In this document: positions 39,103 to 47,953 of the stretch, one piece after another
How the letters are laid out: every line of letters begins with the position of its first letter
Numbering within the stretch: position 1 is the first letter of the stretch
Source of the DNA: an uncultured Candidatus Saccharibacteria bacterium
GTDB taxonomy: Bacteria; Patescibacteriota; Dojkabacteria; J137
NCBI GenBank assembly: GCA_964607415.1
Contig: CAZSKK010000002.1
Coordinates: 224,585-288,584, forward strand
Reading direction: 5' to 3'
DNA length: 64,000 bases
The notes under the pieces: model-generated
Databases searched by the model: none
What the model was told of the DNA's origin: nothing
Seen by the model: the letters and a program-made list of their open reading frames with translations, nothing else
Program-made: the position numbers and the translations under genes

Positions 39103-39117
39103 TTTAGTAGTTTTTAA

Positions 39118-39163
39118 GCCTCGCCCCGGCCTCCCAAAGCTTGGCCACCCTCTCCTTTAGGAT
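39118..39163. repeat. Family B GC-rich palindromic element copy (abuts family A copy 2)
   Basis: gcctcGccccGGCCTcccAAAGCTTGGCCacCCTCTCCTttAGGAtga, parallels tsaD-internal element gcctcAcccaCCAGCCTAAAGGCTGG..CCTCTCCTgccAGGAGaagg. Confidence 0.65.
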
Positions 39164-39194
39164 GAGAATGCATATTATGCATTCGAACGGAGCT
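39164..39194. repeat. Family A element copy 2
   Basis: GAGAATGCATATTATGCATTCGAACGGAGCT; downstream about 50 nt similar to copy 1 (..AGCTA-NNN-TAGCT..AGCACAATG..). Confidence 0.8.
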
Positions 39195-39251
39195 AAATTA
39201 GCTGCACTCAAAAGCACAATGTGTTTTTTCGGGTGAGACGACCTCAGATTC

Positions 39252-40127
39252 TCAAAATGTGCTGTATTCAATTCCATCAGGCACTTTGATTTCTTTTCCT
39301 CCTACAAAAACAGCTGTGGCCCAAGCGTCAGCCTGAGTTGCAGTTTTAGCCTTAACAAAAACTGTTTTAAAATTTTCTGAGGGTTTTCCTGTCCTTGGGT
39401 CAATCAAATGATGAAACTGTTTAACTTTTCTTGCCCAAGAACCTGAAGAAGCTAGAGCCTCATCTTTTAAATTAATCTTACCAACAATCTCGATTTCATT
39501 TTTTTTGTTCATGATTTTTAAGCCCACTTCCCAGGCTTTACCTTTTTCGTTAACACCCATTGCCAAAATATCTCCTCCTGCATCAATTAAAAAGTTACTA
39601 AAGCCTTTAGCTTTTATCTTTTCACTTGCACAATCAATTGCATACCCCTTTCCTATCCCACCAAGATCAATCTTTTGGTTTTTACTTAGCTGAACACTTT
39701 TTTGTTTAGGGAAGAGTTTTATATCTTTGTAGCTAGGTCTTTCGTTCTTTATTTTTTCAACATATTTATCTAAATCCGGATTATCAAGTTTTGAAAAATT
39801 GTAGTTTTTATCGTATCCATAAACTTCTAAAAAATCTATTACAGTTGGGTCAAAAGTTCCTTTGCTTTCATTTGCAATTTTAATCATCGTTTCAATAAGT
39901 ATAAAAAATTCATCGGTAATAGAAACAATATTTCCGGCGTTTCTATTTAGGTTGGAAAGTTCACTGTTTTCATTAAATCTTGTGTATTGTTTTACAATTC
40001 GATCAAATTCAGAAAATCCATCTTGGATTGCATCAAGTGCTTCAACCGTTGATTTATCTCCACGTACAATCTTTATGGTGATTATAGTATTCATGAAATT
40101 CTTTTCCAGTTGGACAATTTTGCTCAT
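39252..40127 (-). CDS. apbE: FAD:protein FMN transferase (ApbE family)
   Basis: TFDPTV and IDLGGIGKGYAID motifs. Confidence 0.8.
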   Translation of the reverse strand: MSKIVQLEKNFMNTIITIKIVRGDKSTVEALDAIQDGFSEFDRIVKQYTRFNENSELSNLNRNAGNIVSITDEFFILIETMIKIANESKGTFDPTVIDFLEVYGYDKNYNFSKLDNPDLDKYVEKIKNERPSYKDIKLFPKQKSVQLSKNQKIDLGGIGKGYAIDCASEKIKAKGFSNFLIDAGGDILAMGVNEKGKAWEVGLKIMNKKNEIEIVGKINLKDEALASSGSWARKVKQFHHLIDPRTGKPSENFKTVFVKAKTATQADAWATAVFVGGKEIKVPDGIEYSTF

Positions 40128-40280
40128 TGTTTGACAATGGTTTAAATAATGAAATAGAATGAAGATAAATAATCATAGCACAAGGTTAACTAGTTAATTA
40201 GTAAAGCAGTTAATTTTTAAAACTAATTAACTAGCCATCAATTAACAAATTAACTAGTAATCTACTTTAACTATTAAAAC

Positions 40281-40916
40281 TTGCCTATGTCAAAATTCAC
40301 TCGTGAAGCACTACCCTATTCTTTCGATGCCCTGGAACCATTTATTGATGCCAAAACGATGGAAATTCATAGCGAAAAGCATCATCAAACGTATACGGAT
40401 AAATTAAATGCTGCATTGGAAGGTAAACCTGAATTTCAGGATTGGAGTATTGAGGTTTTGCTAAGAGATTTAAATAAATTACCTGAAGATATTAGAACTG
40501 TTGTAAAAAATAATGGCGGAGGTTTTGTAAATCACAATATTTTCTTTTCTACTTTAAAAAAGAATGAAGGTGGAAACCCGGTTGGAGAATTAGCAAAAAT
40601 GATAGAAGGAAAATTCGAAAGCTTTGAAAAATTTAAAGAGGAGTTTACTCAAACCGCACTTGGGGTCTTTGGATCAGGCTGGGTTTGGCTTGCTTTAGAT
40701 GAAAATGGAGAAAACCCTCATATTCATGGTCTGCCACTTCAGGAAAATCCTTACATGCATAAGCACCTTCCAGTTTTAGGGTTGGATGTTTGGGAACATG
40801 CCTATTACCTAAAATATCAAAATCGAAGACCAGAATATGTTGAAGCTTTTTGGAACGTAATCGATTGGGAAAAGGTTAATGAAATGTACCTTACAGCTGT
40901 TCAAGGATGGAAGTGA
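40281..40916 (+). CDS. sodA: Fe/Mn superoxide dismutase
   Basis: LPYSFDALEPFIDAKTMEIHSEKHHQTY, DVWEHAYYLKYQNRRPEYV. Confidence 0.95.
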   Translation: MPMSKFTREALPYSFDALEPFIDAKTMEIHSEKHHQTYTDKLNAALEGKPEFQDWSIEVLLRDLNKLPEDIRTVVKNNGGGFVNHNIFFSTLKKNEGGNPVGELAKMIEGKFESFEKFKEEFTQTALGVFGSGWVWLALDENGENPHIHGLPLQENPYMHKHLPVLGLDVWEHAYYLKYQNRRPEYVEAFWNVIDWEKVNEMYLTAVQGWK

Positions 40917-41005
40917 TATAAGATAGGAAGCTCAGAGATCAAATAACAAAATAATAAATAAATTTAAATTTTCAATTTTAAAATTATTTTGAATTACTTT
41001 GTGCT

Positions 41006-41629
41006 TTGTTATTAAACCTGGTAATTACTTTAGCTTTTAAAGCCTTTCGTATGCCACGATTCCTAGGTAGAGCAAGATCATCAAAAGCTGCCCCAAAACC
41101 TTTTGGAGAAGCAGATATAATTTTTCTTCCGGGTTATTCAGTTAAAAATAAATCGGAACAAGATAATATTGCTAACTTTTTAGGTAAAAAAGGTTTAAAT
41201 TCATATAAGCATAGATGGGCTCATTGGGAAAACGAATCAGTTAGTTTTAGTAGAACAAGAGAATTGGAAATTATTAAGTCGAAATTGCCTAAGAATGAAG
41301 AGTTTGGGATAATCGCAAAGTCTATTGGAACAATAATTGCGGCAGAACTTTTAAGCCAAATAAATAAACGAAGAGTCAAGTTTGTTGTTTTGCTTGGAAT
41401 TCCAATCAACAATCTAAAGTCATCAGATGTATTGAAATTTATAAACACTTTTAAAAATTTAGGAGTTCCAATTCTTTGTATTCAAAATTCAGAGGATCAA
41501 TTTGGCGATATTGTTCAAGTTCAGGATCTTTTGAAGGAAGTGGAATATGATCAAGTTATAAAAGATGCTGAAGGTCATAGCTACAACTATCCTGAGGATA
41601 TATATAATTTTATTTCAAGTGTGTTTTAA
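41006..41629 (+). CDS. Alpha/beta-hydrolase-like protein
   Basis: IIAKSIGTIIAAEL nucleophile-elbow-like segment. Confidence 0.35.
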   Translation: MLLNLVITLAFKAFRMPRFLGRARSSKAAPKPFGEADIIFLPGYSVKNKSEQDNIANFLGKKGLNSYKHRWAHWENESVSFSRTRELEIIKSKLPKNEEFGIIAKSIGTIIAAELLSQINKRRVKFVVLLGIPINNLKSSDVLKFINTFKNLGVPILCIQNSEDQFGDIVQVQDLLKEVEYDQVIKDAEGHSYNYPEDIYNFISSVF

Positions 41630-41630
41630 T

Positions 41631-41661
41631 AAAAAACTACGCACCTTTGGTGCGTAGTTTT
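41631..41661. terminator. Bidirectional rho-independent terminator (AAAAAACTACGCACC-TTT-GGTGCGTAGTTTT)
   Basis: Perfect 12-bp GC-containing stem flanked by A-run and T-run between convergent genes. Confidence 0.75.
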
Positions 41662-41697
41662 AGCATATAACTTTATCGGAGAAGATACTAGATAGAA

Positions 41698-42189
41698 TTA
41701 ATTAAGATCAGGAATAACAACTCCAAGCTTCTCTAAACTTTGAATAATTTCTGCAAGATCGTTAAGTTTCTCGTCAAGTAGTCTTGATTTTCTATTTATT
41801 TCTCTAAGTGCTAAAATCTTGCCTAAAATAGGTAACTCTGCTGTGTTTTGACTAGCAATAGCTACTTCACTAATCCACATATTATAAAAACGAACTGATT
41901 CTTTTCTCGCATTCAATAATTCATGCGATAATCTACGCTCGATTTTAGAAGGATCTACAAAAACATTTTCATTACTTGTTTCTAAAGGTAAGGGGATTTG
42001 GAGACTAGTTCCAATTACTAAAATAAGTTCTGGCTTTGTTTTCAAATCTGAGATAGGTCCTGTAAAAATCTCTCTTTGTCTAACTGAACAACCGGAACCT
42101 TCAGCTCTAGTGTTAAAATCCTGAATAAATGTTCCCACTTCTTGTAAGGTATTAGATGTTACTTCAACCTGAGGATCTAAATTAGACAT
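41698..42189 (-). CDS. Hypothetical protein with C-terminal coiled coil
   Basis: 163 aa. Confidence 0.3.
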   Translation of the reverse strand: MSNLDPQVEVTSNTLQEVGTFIQDFNTRAEGSGCSVRQREIFTGPISDLKTKPELILVIGTSLQIPLPLETSNENVFVDPSKIERRLSHELLNARKESVRFYNMWISEVAIASQNTAELPILGKILALREINRKSRLLDEKLNDLAEIIQSLEKLGVVIPDLN

Positions 42190-42336
42190 AAAGTATGATT
42201 AATAAATACTGACTGTATTATATATACATACAATTATACTGTCAATAGAATTGTGTAGTTTTAAAATAGAGTTAATAGGTCAATTCAATTTTTGATTTTC
42301 TCGACAACTTAATACGTTCTCTCGTATAATTCAACC

Positions 42337-43569
42337 ATGAATAAATTAATTACCACCTTGGCAATAGACACATCTTGTGATGAAACTTCTGTAGCTGTAG
42401 TTAGAAACTTTACAGTTCTTTCAAACGTACTTCCTACTCAAATTGAATTTCACAAAAAATACGGTGGAGTAATGCCATCAGTTGCAAAATTAGCTCATAA
42501 AGAAAGAATTGATAATGTTGTGATTGAAGCTATCAAAAAAGCAAAAGTTGATTTTTCAGACATAGATGCAATTGCAGTAACAATTGGGCCAGGCCTTGCA
42601 ATTGCTTTGGAAGTTGGAATTGAAAAAGCAAAAGAACTAGCAAGCAAATACAATAAGCCTTTGATTACAGTTAATCACATGGAAGGACACCTGCTTTCGG
42701 CATTCGCCGAAAGGAAAGAAGCCTCACCCACCAGCCTAAAGGCTGGTCCCCCCTCTCCTGCCAGGAGAAGGGTTGAGGGAGAAGCTTCCTTTCCAAATCT
42801 GGGAATGCTGGTTTCCGGAAATCATACTGAAATTATTTTAATTAAAAACTTTGGCGAATATCAAAAAATTGGCGAAACGCTTGATGATTCGTGTGGAGAA
42901 GCGTATGACAAATGCGGCAGAATGTTGGGCCTTGGTTATCCTGCAGGCCCTGTTATTTCCGAATTTGCAAAACAAAACCGAAAAAATATGGAGCTTGGAA
43001 TTGCAAATATAAATAATTCGGTACATGCTTGGGCAAAAAATAAAAAAACTAAAGCCTACTACTCTCTTCCAGTTAGCATGGCAAAGTCTAATGATTTGAA
43101 CTTTAGCTATTCTGGATTAAAAACCGCATTTAAACAGCTTGTAACAAATGTAAGTGGTCAAAATATTTCGTACGAAGATCAACTTTCAGGTTCAATTAAT
43201 TTAAATAAAGAACAAATTATGGACCTTTGTGTAATTTTTGAACATGCAGCGTTAAGCCAGATTTCAATAAAGTTATCCAAGGCAATAAAACAATATAAAC
43301 CAAATGAAGTGTGGCTTGGTGGAGGTGTTGTTGCCAGCACAAGATTAAGATCAATTGTTAGAAGTTTATGCAAAGATAATAACGTGATTTTAAGGGTTGC
43401 AAATACAAAAAAACTTTTTGGTGATAATGCTGCAATGATTGGTGTAGCAGCGAATACCAGAATTATGCTTCAAGATTCAAGAATTAAGAATTTTGAACAT
43501 TCTCCGGCATACGGGATTTTTTTAAAAGACTTTCATTTAGTGGATAGAGATCCAAATCTTTCGCTTTAG
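42337..43569 (+). CDS. tsaD: tRNA N6-adenosine threonylcarbamoyltransferase TsaD, with about 21-aa in-frame insertion
   Basis: TLAIDTSCDETSVAVV, VNHMEGHLLS, VSGNHT, GYPAGP; 410 aa versus about 340 typical. Confidence 0.9.
   Translation: MNKLITTLAIDTSCDETSVAVVRNFTVLSNVLPTQIEFHKKYGGVMPSVAKLAHKERIDNVVIEAIKKAKVDFSDIDAIAVTIGPGLAIALEVGIEKAKELASKYNKPLITVNHMEGHLLSAFAERKEASPTSLKAGPPSPARRRVEGEASFPNLGMLVSGNHTEIILIKNFGEYQKIGETLDDSCGEAYDKCGRMLGLGYPAGPVISEFAKQNRKNMELGIANINNSVHAWAKNKKTKAYYSLPVSMAKSNDLNFSYSGLKTAFKQLVTNVSGQNISYEDQLSGSINLNKEQIMDLCVIFEHAALSQISIKLSKAIKQYKPNEVWLGGGVVASTRLRSIVRSLCKDNNVILRVANTKKLFGDNAAMIGVAANTRIMLQDSRIKNFEHSPAYGIFLKDFHLVDRDPNLSL
42721..42783. repeat. Family B GC-rich nested-hairpin element inserted in frame inside tsaD (encodes ASPTSLKAGPPSPARRRVEGE)
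   Basis: CCAGCC-TAAA-GGCTGG and CCTCTCCTG/CAGGAGAAGG hairpins, outer CCTCACCC/GGGTTGAGG, flanked by ggaaagaagc/gcttcctttcc; GC-rich island in AT-rich gene. Confidence 0.7.
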
Positions 43570-43581
43570 CTTCACGAAAAT

Positions 43582-43597
43582 TTGTATTGCAATACAA
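43582..43597. repeat. Family D palindrome TTGTATTGCAATACAA (copy 1; copy 2 at 59605-59620)
   Basis: AATTTGTATTGnnATACAATG shared 20/22 between two sites; hairpin after tsaD. Confidence 0.6.
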
Positions 43598-43604
43598 TGC
43601 GGCC

Positions 43605-43642
43605 ACAATAGATTTTTGATAAGCTTATCAAAAATCTATTGT
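43605..43642. repeat. Perfect 38-bp palindrome ACAATAGATTTTTGATAAGC|GCTTATCAAAAATCTATTGT
   Basis: 19-bp arms, no spacer, centred on AAGCTT; intergenic between tsaD and four-helix-bundle gene. Confidence 0.85.
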
Positions 43643-43702
43643 AGAATAACAAAATCCGAATGACTAATAACTAATTAAATTTCAATTTAATATAAGCTGC
43701 CA

Positions 43703-43718
43703 GACTCGAGCTCCGAGT
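43703..43718. repeat. Left inverted repeat (AGACTCGAGCTCCGAG) framing four-helix-bundle gene
   Basis: 14/16 complementary to 44092-44107 (CTCGTAGCTCGAGACT). Confidence 0.6.
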
Positions 43719-43729
43719 TACGAAAATTT

Positions 43730-44098
43730 ATGCAAGATTTTAGAAAACTTAAAGTATGGGAAAAATCCCATATTTTGACCAAAGAAATATACGAAGTGAC
43801 AAAATGCTTTCCTAAACACGAAATGTTTAGCTTAACTAATCAGGTTAGAAGGTCCGCTAGCTCAGTACCTACAAATATAGCTGAAGGTTCGAATAGATCA
43901 AGTGATAAGGAATTTATTAGATTTATAAATATTGCAATAGGTTCAATTACGGAGACTGAATATTTGATTTTACTTTCTAATGAGCTGAATTATATTAATG
44001 AAATTGAAAGATTTCATCTTATAGAAATGATAGTTGAAGTTAGAAAAATGCTAGTCAGTTTGAAAAATAATTTACTTATTAAATCTCGAAGCTCGTAG
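43730..44098 (+). CDS. Four-helix-bundle protein of the 23S rRNA intervening-sequence type
   Basis: KLKVWEKSHILTKEIYEVTKCFPK...SLTNQVRRSASSVPTNIAEG pattern typical of IVS-encoded 4HB proteins. Confidence 0.7.
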   Translation: MQDFRKLKVWEKSHILTKEIYEVTKCFPKHEMFSLTNQVRRSASSVPTNIAEGSNRSSDKEFIRFINIAIGSITETEYLILLSNELNYINEIERFHLIEMIVEVRKMLVSLKNNLLIKSRSS

Positions 44099-44107
44099 CT
44101 CGAGACT
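44092..44107. repeat. Right inverted repeat framing four-helix-bundle gene
   Basis: Overlaps the gene's stop codon; partner at 43703-43718. Confidence 0.6.
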
Positions 44108-44114
44108 AGCTAAC

Positions 44115-45632
44115 ATGTTATCCAAATTATATACAGCAACCCTAATCGGTCTTGACTGCAAGATTGTTGAGGTGGAAGTTGATTATCGAAAAGGAAATAC
44201 ATACTTTTCAATTGTCGGTCTTGCAGATAAGTCTATACAGGAAGCAAAAGATAGAATTCCTGCAGCAATAAAAAATAGTGGCGCTGAGTTTATTCCAATG
44301 AAAATTGTAATGAATCTGGCACCAGCGGAGCTCACAAAATCTGGCCCTAGCTATGATCTTCCTTTAGCGCTAGGATATTTAATTGCATCAGAGCAAATTA
44401 ATCTTGATCCCGAAAAGAAAATTTTTATTGGAGAATTAGCACTGGATGGAACTTTAAGGCCGGTTAATGGAATTCTACCAATTACAGATTCTGTTAAAAA
44501 ACTTGGTTTTACTGAAATATATTTACCAGAAGATAATGCAGTTGAAGCTTCTTTGGTTAAAGACATAAAAGTTTTTGCACTTAAAAATCTAAAACAATTA
44601 ATGGATCACTTTAATGGCAATAATGAACTTTCAGAATTTGTAGCCAATCCTAAAGTATTTGAAAAAGAACGAAATTATCAGTTTGATTTTAATCAAGTTC
44701 AAGGACAAGAGCACGCTAAACGAGCTTTGGAAATAGCAGCAAGTGGAGGTCATAATGTCTTGATGAGTGGAGTTCCTGGCTCAGGTAAAACTTTACTTTC
44801 TAGATGTTTTTCAACAATCTTACCAGACATGACTTTTGAAGAAAGTATAGAAGTTACAAGAATTTACAGCGTTTCGGGTTTAACTTCTAATAAAAATCCT
44901 TTAATTACTGATAGACCTTTCAGAACGCCACATCATACAAGCTCACAAGTGGCTTTAGTTGGGGGTGGAGGCCAAATTAAACCAGGTGAAATTTCGCTTG
45001 CGCACCGTGGCGTACTATTCCTGGACGAGTTTCCTGAATTTTCTTCCCAAGCCATTGAAGCTCTGCGGCAGCCTTTAGAAGATAAGATTGTCACAATCTC
45101 AAGGGCATCTGGTACTTTAACATTTCCAGCTAGCTTTATTCTAATTGCTGCAATGAATCCGTGTAAATGTGGCCACAAAGGTGATCCAGATAAACATTGT
45201 ATATGCACTTCTCTAGAATCCACCCGATACTTAAAAAGAATTTCGGGACCAATTCTTGATCGTATTGATCTTTTAATAAAAGTTCCAAAAGTTGAAAATA
45301 ATAAATTGTTTTCGGAAGCAAAAGCTGAAAGTTCAGAAGCAGTTCGAAAAAGAGTTCAAGTTGCCAGGAATATCCAGCAAGAAAGGTATAAGGATTTAAA
45401 TATTTATTGTAATGCAGAGCTTAATCAGAAAGAAATAAAAAACTTTATAGAGCTAGATAAAGAATCTAAAGATTTGTTAGAGCTTGCGGTTAATAAAATG
45501 AATTTATCGGCAAGAAGTTACTATCGTTTGCTTAAGGTTTCAAGAACCATTGCCGATTTGGAAGGTTCTGAACAAATTTTAAATAAGCACATTGCTGAGG
45601 CGCTGAGTTATAGAGTGGAAATTGGGAATTGA
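44115..45632 (+). CDS. comM: YifB/ComM-family Mg-chelatase-like AAA+ ATPase
   Basis: N-terminal Lon-like domain, GVPGSGKT Walker A, 505 aa, C-terminal ChlI-like region. Confidence 0.9.
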   Translation: MLSKLYTATLIGLDCKIVEVEVDYRKGNTYFSIVGLADKSIQEAKDRIPAAIKNSGAEFIPMKIVMNLAPAELTKSGPSYDLPLALGYLIASEQINLDPEKKIFIGELALDGTLRPVNGILPITDSVKKLGFTEIYLPEDNAVEASLVKDIKVFALKNLKQLMDHFNGNNELSEFVANPKVFEKERNYQFDFNQVQGQEHAKRALEIAASGGHNVLMSGVPGSGKTLLSRCFSTILPDMTFEESIEVTRIYSVSGLTSNKNPLITDRPFRTPHHTSSQVALVGGGGQIKPGEISLAHRGVLFLDEFPEFSSQAIEALRQPLEDKIVTISRASGTLTFPASFILIAAMNPCKCGHKGDPDKHCICTSLESTRYLKRISGPILDRIDLLIKVPKVENNKLFSEAKAESSEAVRKRVQVARNIQQERYKDLNIYCNAELNQKEIKNFIELDKESKDLLELAVNKMNLSARSYYRLLKVSRTIADLEGSEQILNKHIAEALSYRVEIGN

Positions 45633-45774
45633 TAAATTTACCTAATTAAACTAAGTCCTCTAATTAATCTAAGATCATCAGCAAGTATTTTAGTTTAGCC
45701 TAAATATGTGAGTAGACGTTGAGATTTTTTTGGTCAATTAGGTTAATTAGTCATTAGGGTACTTACTTATTGGT

Positions 45775-45804
45775 TTGACAAAATCGTCCCATAGGATATA
45801 CAAT
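45775..45804 (+). promoter_or_regulatory. Putative sigma70-type promoter for ABC transporter gene (TTGACA-N18-TACAAT)
   Basis: Perfect -35 and 5/6 -10 about 60 nt upstream of start. Confidence 0.4.
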
Positions 45805-45863
45805 ATCTTCAATATCTAATTCCCTCAAAGAAAATCATTGATTGAAATTAAATCCATAAACTT

Positions 45864-47678
45864 ATGGCTGAAATTCAGGAAGAAAAAAAAGCTTCTAAAA
45901 ACCTTATAGGTAATACGATTTGGGTTCTTAAGTTGAACTTAAAACACGCACGCTTCTTATTTATCACAAGATTAGCGGGCTTTATAAATAATCAATGCTA
46001 CCCAATTGCAAGGTCATTTGTGATGGGGTTGATAATTGATTGGGGTATTAAGTATACTGCCGACGATGCGCACGATTCTAAGTATATCTACTACTCAATG
46101 TTAGCCTTTGGCGCTTTGTACTTTGTTAATGGGACTATTAATGTACTAAATAACTATGGTGAAAATGTTGGAAGATTTAAACTGAATTATCTAATTCCTG
46201 AAACACTCCTATATAGAAAACTAAATGCTCTGAGCAATGCAGACCTAGAAAGCCCAAAAGTTCAGAATATGGTTAGCAGATATAGAGACAATAGATATAT
46301 CATAAGTAATTTGAGCCAAAATTTGTTAAGAATCACTGCAATTCTGGTTGTCTTTAGTATAACTGCGGTACCACTATTTACAGTGCTTCCAATAGTAACA
46401 ATTCTGCTAATTTTTACTTCAATACCAGGATTGTTTGCAAATAAAAGAGCGATAAACAAACTTTGGGATTTGGATAAGGAGACTACAGTAGAGAACAGGA
46501 AAGCCTGGTCAATGGTTTATCAGATTTCTTCACCTGAAACATTAAAAGAAGTTAGGCTGGTAGGTGCTTTTGACTACATAAAAAAATTCTTTGAAGATTA
46601 TATAGAACTTTTTAACAATAAGCGTAAAGAGATTTATACAGTATGGTCAGTTTTTGATGTAATAAGTACCATATTGACTGGAGGCACCATTCTATTTGGT
46701 ATTTATCAATTGATTGAGCTTGTTAATACAGGAAATATTACCATTGGGCAAGTTACATTTTTCATCGGAGCTTTGCTAAATCTTGGGGGAAATATTGACA
46801 GCTTTTCAGCCCAAATTACTGACATATCAGCTTCTAGCATAAGACTAACAGAGATTAGAGAATTGTTGGAAATGCCCGAAGAGGATGATGAGAATAAAAA
46901 AGATATTGCTCTTCTGTCTGAACCACCATCTTTAGAAATAAAAGATTTAACATTTTCATATCCTGGCGCAAAAGCAAAAGTTCTTAAAAACTTAAACCTT
47001 AAAATTAAACCAGGTGAAAAGATTGCAATCGTTGGCGAAAACGGAGCTGGTAAAACAACATTAATAAAACTTTTAACAAAGATATATCCAGTTTCCAAAG
47101 GAGAAATTTTAATTAATGATGAAAATTTAAATGGGATTTCAACAAGCTCATGGAATAATAGTCTTGGAGTTCTTTTTCAAGACTATAATACTTATCCAGA
47201 TTTGACTGCTTTTGAAAATATAGCAATAGGAAGAATGACTGATGAAATAGACTACGAAAAAATTACAGATGCAGCCAAAAAGGCCGATGCACATGACTTT
47301 ATAATGGCATATGAAAATAACTACTCTCAAATTTTAAGTGAAAAATATGAAGGTGGAATTAGACCTAGTGGAGGCCAATGGCAAAAGATTTCTATTGCAA
47401 GATTCTTTTACAGAAATGCTCCAATTCTAATTCTGGACGAGCCTACTGCTTCAATTGATGCTGTATCGGAAGCAAACATATTTAATAGAATTTATAAATT
47501 TATTGAAAACAAAACTGTAATTATTGTTTCTCACAGATTTTCTACTGTACGAAATGCAGATAGGATTATTGTTTTGGATAAAGGAGAAATTGTTGAAGAT
47601 GGATCGCATGAGGAGCTAATGAAAAACAAAGGCAAATATTACGAGGCATTTACATTACAGGCAAAGGGATATAATTGA
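45864..47678 (+). CDS. ABC transporter, fused permease/ATP-binding protein (exporter type)
   Basis: Six N-terminal TM helices; GENGAGKTTL Walker A, PSGGQWQKISIARF signature, ILILDEPTASID. Confidence 0.85.
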   Translation: MAEIQEEKKASKNLIGNTIWVLKLNLKHARFLFITRLAGFINNQCYPIARSFVMGLIIDWGIKYTADDAHDSKYIYYSMLAFGALYFVNGTINVLNNYGENVGRFKLNYLIPETLLYRKLNALSNADLESPKVQNMVSRYRDNRYIISNLSQNLLRITAILVVFSITAVPLFTVLPIVTILLIFTSIPGLFANKRAINKLWDLDKETTVENRKAWSMVYQISSPETLKEVRLVGAFDYIKKFFEDYIELFNNKRKEIYTVWSVFDVISTILTGGTILFGIYQLIELVNTGNITIGQVTFFIGALLNLGGNIDSFSAQITDISASSIRLTEIRELLEMPEEDDENKKDIALLSEPPSLEIKDLTFSYPGAKAKVLKNLNLKIKPGEKIAIVGENGAGKTTLIKLLTKIYPVSKGEILINDENLNGISTSSWNNSLGVLFQDYNTYPDLTAFENIAIGRMTDEIDYEKITDAAKKADAHDFIMAYENNYSQILSEKYEGGIRPSGGQWQKISIARFFYRNAPILILDEPTASIDAVSEANIFNRIYKFIENKTVIIVSHRFSTVRNADRIIVLDKGEIVEDGSHEELMKNKGKYYEAFTLQAKGYN

Positions 47679-47808
47679 GGTGAAGAGCTTAAGAGCTAAT
47701 GAGGTTTTCAGATTTCCTCTCCCTTAGGGAGAGGACTAAGGTGAGGGCTTAAGAGTCGATGTTTTTTATAACCTCACCCTCCCCTCTCCTTAAATGGAGA
47801 GGGATTTG
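47677..47808. repeat. Family B GC-rich elements, two tandem units
   Basis: Unit 1 GGTGAAGAGCTTAAGAG...CCTCTCCC-TTA-GGGAGAGG; unit 2 GGTGAGGGCTTAAGAG...CCTCACCC..CCCTCTCC-TTAAAT-GGAGAGGG. Confidence 0.75.
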
Positions 47809-47953
47809 AATTAAACTTTCTAATTCACCGATCAACTCTCATTTAGGAGCAATGCTTTTCGCGGATTGAAACAGTTCAACCACTCTACCAATAATTATTT
47901 TTTGTTACTTTTTTTCTTTTCGCTCGTATAATTAGTAGATTAAAAATTCACAT

